From: a virus
Reading direction: 5' to 3' (one strand)
DNA: 64,000 nt
IMG/VR virus record: IMGVR_UViG_3300019487_000002
Shown piece by piece: positions 61,709 through 64,000 of this stretch. The translations under genes and the position numbers were made by a program. Below the pieces are notes generated by a model. The model did no database searches. It worked only from the letters and a program-made list of their open reading frames with translations, and was not told the DNA's origin. Numbering within the stretch: the stretch's first letter is position 1; every line of letters begins with the position of its first letter.

Positions 61709-62118
61709 AGCCTGAAATTCCTGAAATTCCCGAGACAGACGAAGTAGTGGAAGAATACCCCGATGTTCTGATAGACCGCGTTGGAGTATCTGAGATTGAT
61801 GATACAAGTGAGGCAGTAGATACCGAGGAATTCTTCGCCCGTGATCCTTTTTTGGAGCCTGAGAAGCGCCTGATGTTCGCAGTCCTTGAAGACGCGGTTC
61901 AGGATTTCCTTAAATACGCAAATAGCTCCGACATGGAGGAACATCGCTTGTTCCGTCGTGCTGTCCGCTATCTTTGGAGTGACGACGTAACTTGGCCCTT
62001 TTCTTTTGTCAATCTCTGCCATGTGCTGGGGGTTGACGAAATCAATCTTCGTGGTAAACTAAGCCGATGGAGACGGCTTTTTGCTCCCGAGTCTTTTGAA
62101 GCCACGAAGAAGCTTTGA
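61705..62118 (+). CDS. hypothetical acidic protein
   Basis: 137-aa ORF with a GTG start. Confidence 0.5.
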   Translation: MKPEIPEIPETDEVVEEYPDVLIDRVGVSEIDDTSEAVDTEEFFARDPFLEPEKRLMFAVLEDAVQDFLKYANSSDMEEHRLFRRAVRYLWSDDVTWPFSFVNLCHVLGVDEINLRGKLSRWRRLFAPESFEATKKL

Positions 62119-62321
62119 ACTATTATTGGACAATACCCACCCTCTGCGTTCAGTGTCTTAGACCAGCGGAAGAATCCGTTGGTTCTTCTAATTTGTGCAA
62201 GCGTTGTAGTAGAGTCGATAGAGGAGAAGTAGCGTGGTGCCCGGCATGCTCACCGCCTATGCACACTAAAGATACTTGTCCTTTGTGCAAGGGAGAAGGC
62301 GTCATTCCATACATGACTTGA
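62115..62321 (+). CDS. hypothetical Cys-rich protein
   Basis: Four CxxC pairs, including CPLCKGEG. Non-ATG start. Confidence 0.4.
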   Translation: MNYYWTIPTLCVQCLRPAEESVGSSNLCKRCSRVDRGEVAWCPACSPPMHTKDTCPLCKGEGVIPYMT

Positions 62322-62345
62322 AAATCTATCAAGAGAGAGTATAAT
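62318..62345 (+). promoter_or_regulatory. sigma70-type promoter
   Basis: TTGAAA-N16-TATAAT, then 6 nt to ATG 62352. Confidence 0.55.
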
Positions 62346-62351
62346 CCAACC

Positions 62352-63113
62352 ATGGCTAAAGTGTACGTAGGCGTAGTCATTCATGGAAGCCCTGATTACG
62401 TCACCCCCGGTCTTGATTCCCTGCTGAACAGTGAATTCGATTTCCCTACCCGATTTGTCATCCTCGATAATGGCTCACCGAATCCCGGAGATATTAAGCA
62501 TATCCTCGATTCCGTGAATCGAGATTATTCCCATCTTGCAGAAACACATGTAAGCTTAGAGAATAAAGGCTGCTCGGGTGGCTGGAATTTTTGTATTCGT
62601 CGGGCTTACGAAGACCCTGAATTTGAATACATGATTCTCGCGGGGCCGGATATCATCGTCCACAAGAAGACGTTAAGCAATCTTGTCCATCGTTATATCC
62701 GTGGAGGAGTGGACATTACCTCAGGAGTGGACGTAGCATATGAACAGCCAATGCCTGAGCCGGTAGAGCAGGAAGTCTTTGGCGCGAATTTCTCTCTCAT
62801 TATGCTGCCCAAAACCACGATTGATGCCGTGGGTCTCTTTGATGAGAATATTTGGCCGGCATATTTTGAGGACAACGATTACCATTTTCGCGCTATCCTT
62901 GCCAACAAAGGCAACGGTGTCTGGACATGGCTTGCTCCATTTCGTCATTCTCGCTCGTTGACTGTAAGAAACTACTCTCAAATTATCCAGCATTTTGCCA
63001 AGAATCAATCGTACTTTATCGCTAAATGGGGTGGTCTCCCCAATGACGTTCTGCAAAAGAATGATGCACTCCGCGAGGGCTGGAAGCGATATGAAAACCC
63101 TCATAATCCCTAA
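62352..63113 (+). CDS. family 2 glycosyltransferase
   Basis: GT-A N-terminus VVIHGSPDY...FVILDNGS, plus an acidic pair FEDND that may correspond to the DxD motif. Confidence 0.75.
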   Translation: MAKVYVGVVIHGSPDYVTPGLDSLLNSEFDFPTRFVILDNGSPNPGDIKHILDSVNRDYSHLAETHVSLENKGCSGGWNFCIRRAYEDPEFEYMILAGPDIIVHKKTLSNLVHRYIRGGVDITSGVDVAYEQPMPEPVEQEVFGANFSLIMLPKTTIDAVGLFDENIWPAYFEDNDYHFRAILANKGNGVWTWLAPFRHSRSLTVRNYSQIIQHFAKNQSYFIAKWGGLPNDVLQKNDALREGWKRYENPHNP

Positions 63114-63811
63114 TGAGTTGCACAGTCGTCGGAGGCAATAACGGGCTTGGTGACGTTCTTTGGCTTCTTAACGCAGCAAAACACGAACCAGATATTACCT
63201 TCGTTGGTATCCCTCGTACTGTTGAATTAATCGAAGTCATTCGTGATCTGACTACGGTGGATATTCAGAATATCGTTACTTTCACAGACCCCGAAGCTTG
63301 TAAAGACGCACCTGGAATTCCCGAGTATCAAAATTGGCTTAAGAAGTGGTATAGGTCTAGTGAAGGCAAAGAATACTTTTTCGATTATAAGCACCACGGT
63401 AACTTTGGTAGCGCACCGCTGAGAAATCCTCGCGCCCCTCAGGGGTACATTGTTTCACAATTATTCTCGCACCGCCAACCACATCATTTCTGGCCTCCTA
63501 CCGTTGACGCATTAAACGAATGTGGTAGAATGGTGTATACCGTTACGATGACCAGTGATGAACCTGCATCGGGTACGCGATATATTGGCACCATTCGTGA
63601 TGTTGCCAACTTGCTGCTTGGAGCCAATCTTTTTGTAGGATTGGCGTCTGGCATTAGTACCTTGGCTGTATTCTTGGGTGTCCCAACGATCATGGCCGCA
63701 GCAACGGCCGAAGATATGTTAAGCATCCCTGAGCACATGGAATACGTCGTAAGGCCAACAAAAGAATATATACTTTCTGATATAGAAAGGATATGGCAAA
63801 AGAACAGTTAA
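63113..63811 (+). CDS. GT9 (heptosyltransferase)-like glycosyltransferase
   Basis: GLGDVLWLL N-terminus; C-terminal LLLGANLFVGLASGISTLAVFLGVPTI resembles the GT9 DSG..H.AaAlg.P block. Confidence 0.55.
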   Translation: MSCTVVGGNNGLGDVLWLLNAAKHEPDITFVGIPRTVELIEVIRDLTTVDIQNIVTFTDPEACKDAPGIPEYQNWLKKWYRSSEGKEYFFDYKHHGNFGSAPLRNPRAPQGYIVSQLFSHRQPHHFWPPTVDALNECGRMVYTVTMTSDEPASGTRYIGTIRDVANLLLGANLFVGLASGISTLAVFLGVPTIMAAATAEDMLSIPEHMEYVVRPTKEYILSDIERIWQKNS

Positions 63812-64000
63812 AAGAAATTCCGTTATTTACAGTATTCATGAGTGCAGACGTGGATAAACCACTTCTGGACGTTTTGCACTCTGGGTATATTGGGCAAGGA
63901 CCAAAGGTAGACGAGTTAGAGAAATACCTCGCAAACCTTTTTGGTTTCAAAAATATTCTCACGCTAAACAGCGGCACCAGTGCCTTACATCTTGCGTTGA
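63793..64000 (+). CDS. DegT/DnrJ/EryC1-type sugar aminotransferase, 3' end outside window
   Basis: ATG 63793 follows GAAAGGA, and the frame is open to the window edge. GYIGQGPKVDELE...LNSGTSALHLAL matches the family N-terminus. It is absent from the track because no stop falls in the window. Confidence 0.7.
   Translation, partial: MAKEQLKEIPLFTVFMSADVDKPLLDVLHSGYIGQGPKVDELEKYLANLFGFKNILTLNSGTSALHLAL

Overview
The window reads as a contiguous, gene-dense stretch of a large tailed dsDNA phage genome. There are no rRNA genes, CRISPR arrays or transposases. Layout: (i) the end of a structural gene plus a lysozyme (1-2475, +). (ii) A long minus-strand replication and nucleotide-metabolism block (2459-18389): ThyX, prim-pol/helicase, class II-like RNR, SNF2 helicase, a FEN-UDG fusion, SprT-like, WGR and ATP-DNA ligase. 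(iii) A long plus-strand block (18444-49201): MoxR-AAA/VWA pair, Thg1-like enzyme + RNA ligase, PolA, an RlmN/Cfr-like radical-SAM gene broken by a frame change, gp32-like SSB, RecA, PRTase + GMP-reductase-like, SbcCD, dCMP deaminase, sigma-like factor, zinc-finger proteins, glycosyltransferase and methyltransferase. (iv) An inverted island with TerL and an EndoVII-type nuclease (49305-51655, -). (v) A right arm with a second deaminase, a secreted Cys-rich protein, two metallophosphoesterases, tRNA-Lys(UUU), an Rnl1-type RNA ligase, tRNA-Leu(CAA), HNH genes, DnaJ and a sugar-modification cluster that runs off the window. The points most worth a second look are: two separate RNA-repair modules (Thg1-like + OB-fold ligase; tRNA-Lys + phosphoesterase + Rnl1 behind tandem operators); the phage RlmN/Cfr-like gene; about a dozen genes that appear leaderless directly behind TTGACT-N16-17-TATAAT promoters; a 240-nt ORF-free structured element next to two promoter-equipped small genes; a canonical C2H2 zinc finger; and G+C-rich islands. 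All functional calls come from motif recognition by eye; no searches were run.
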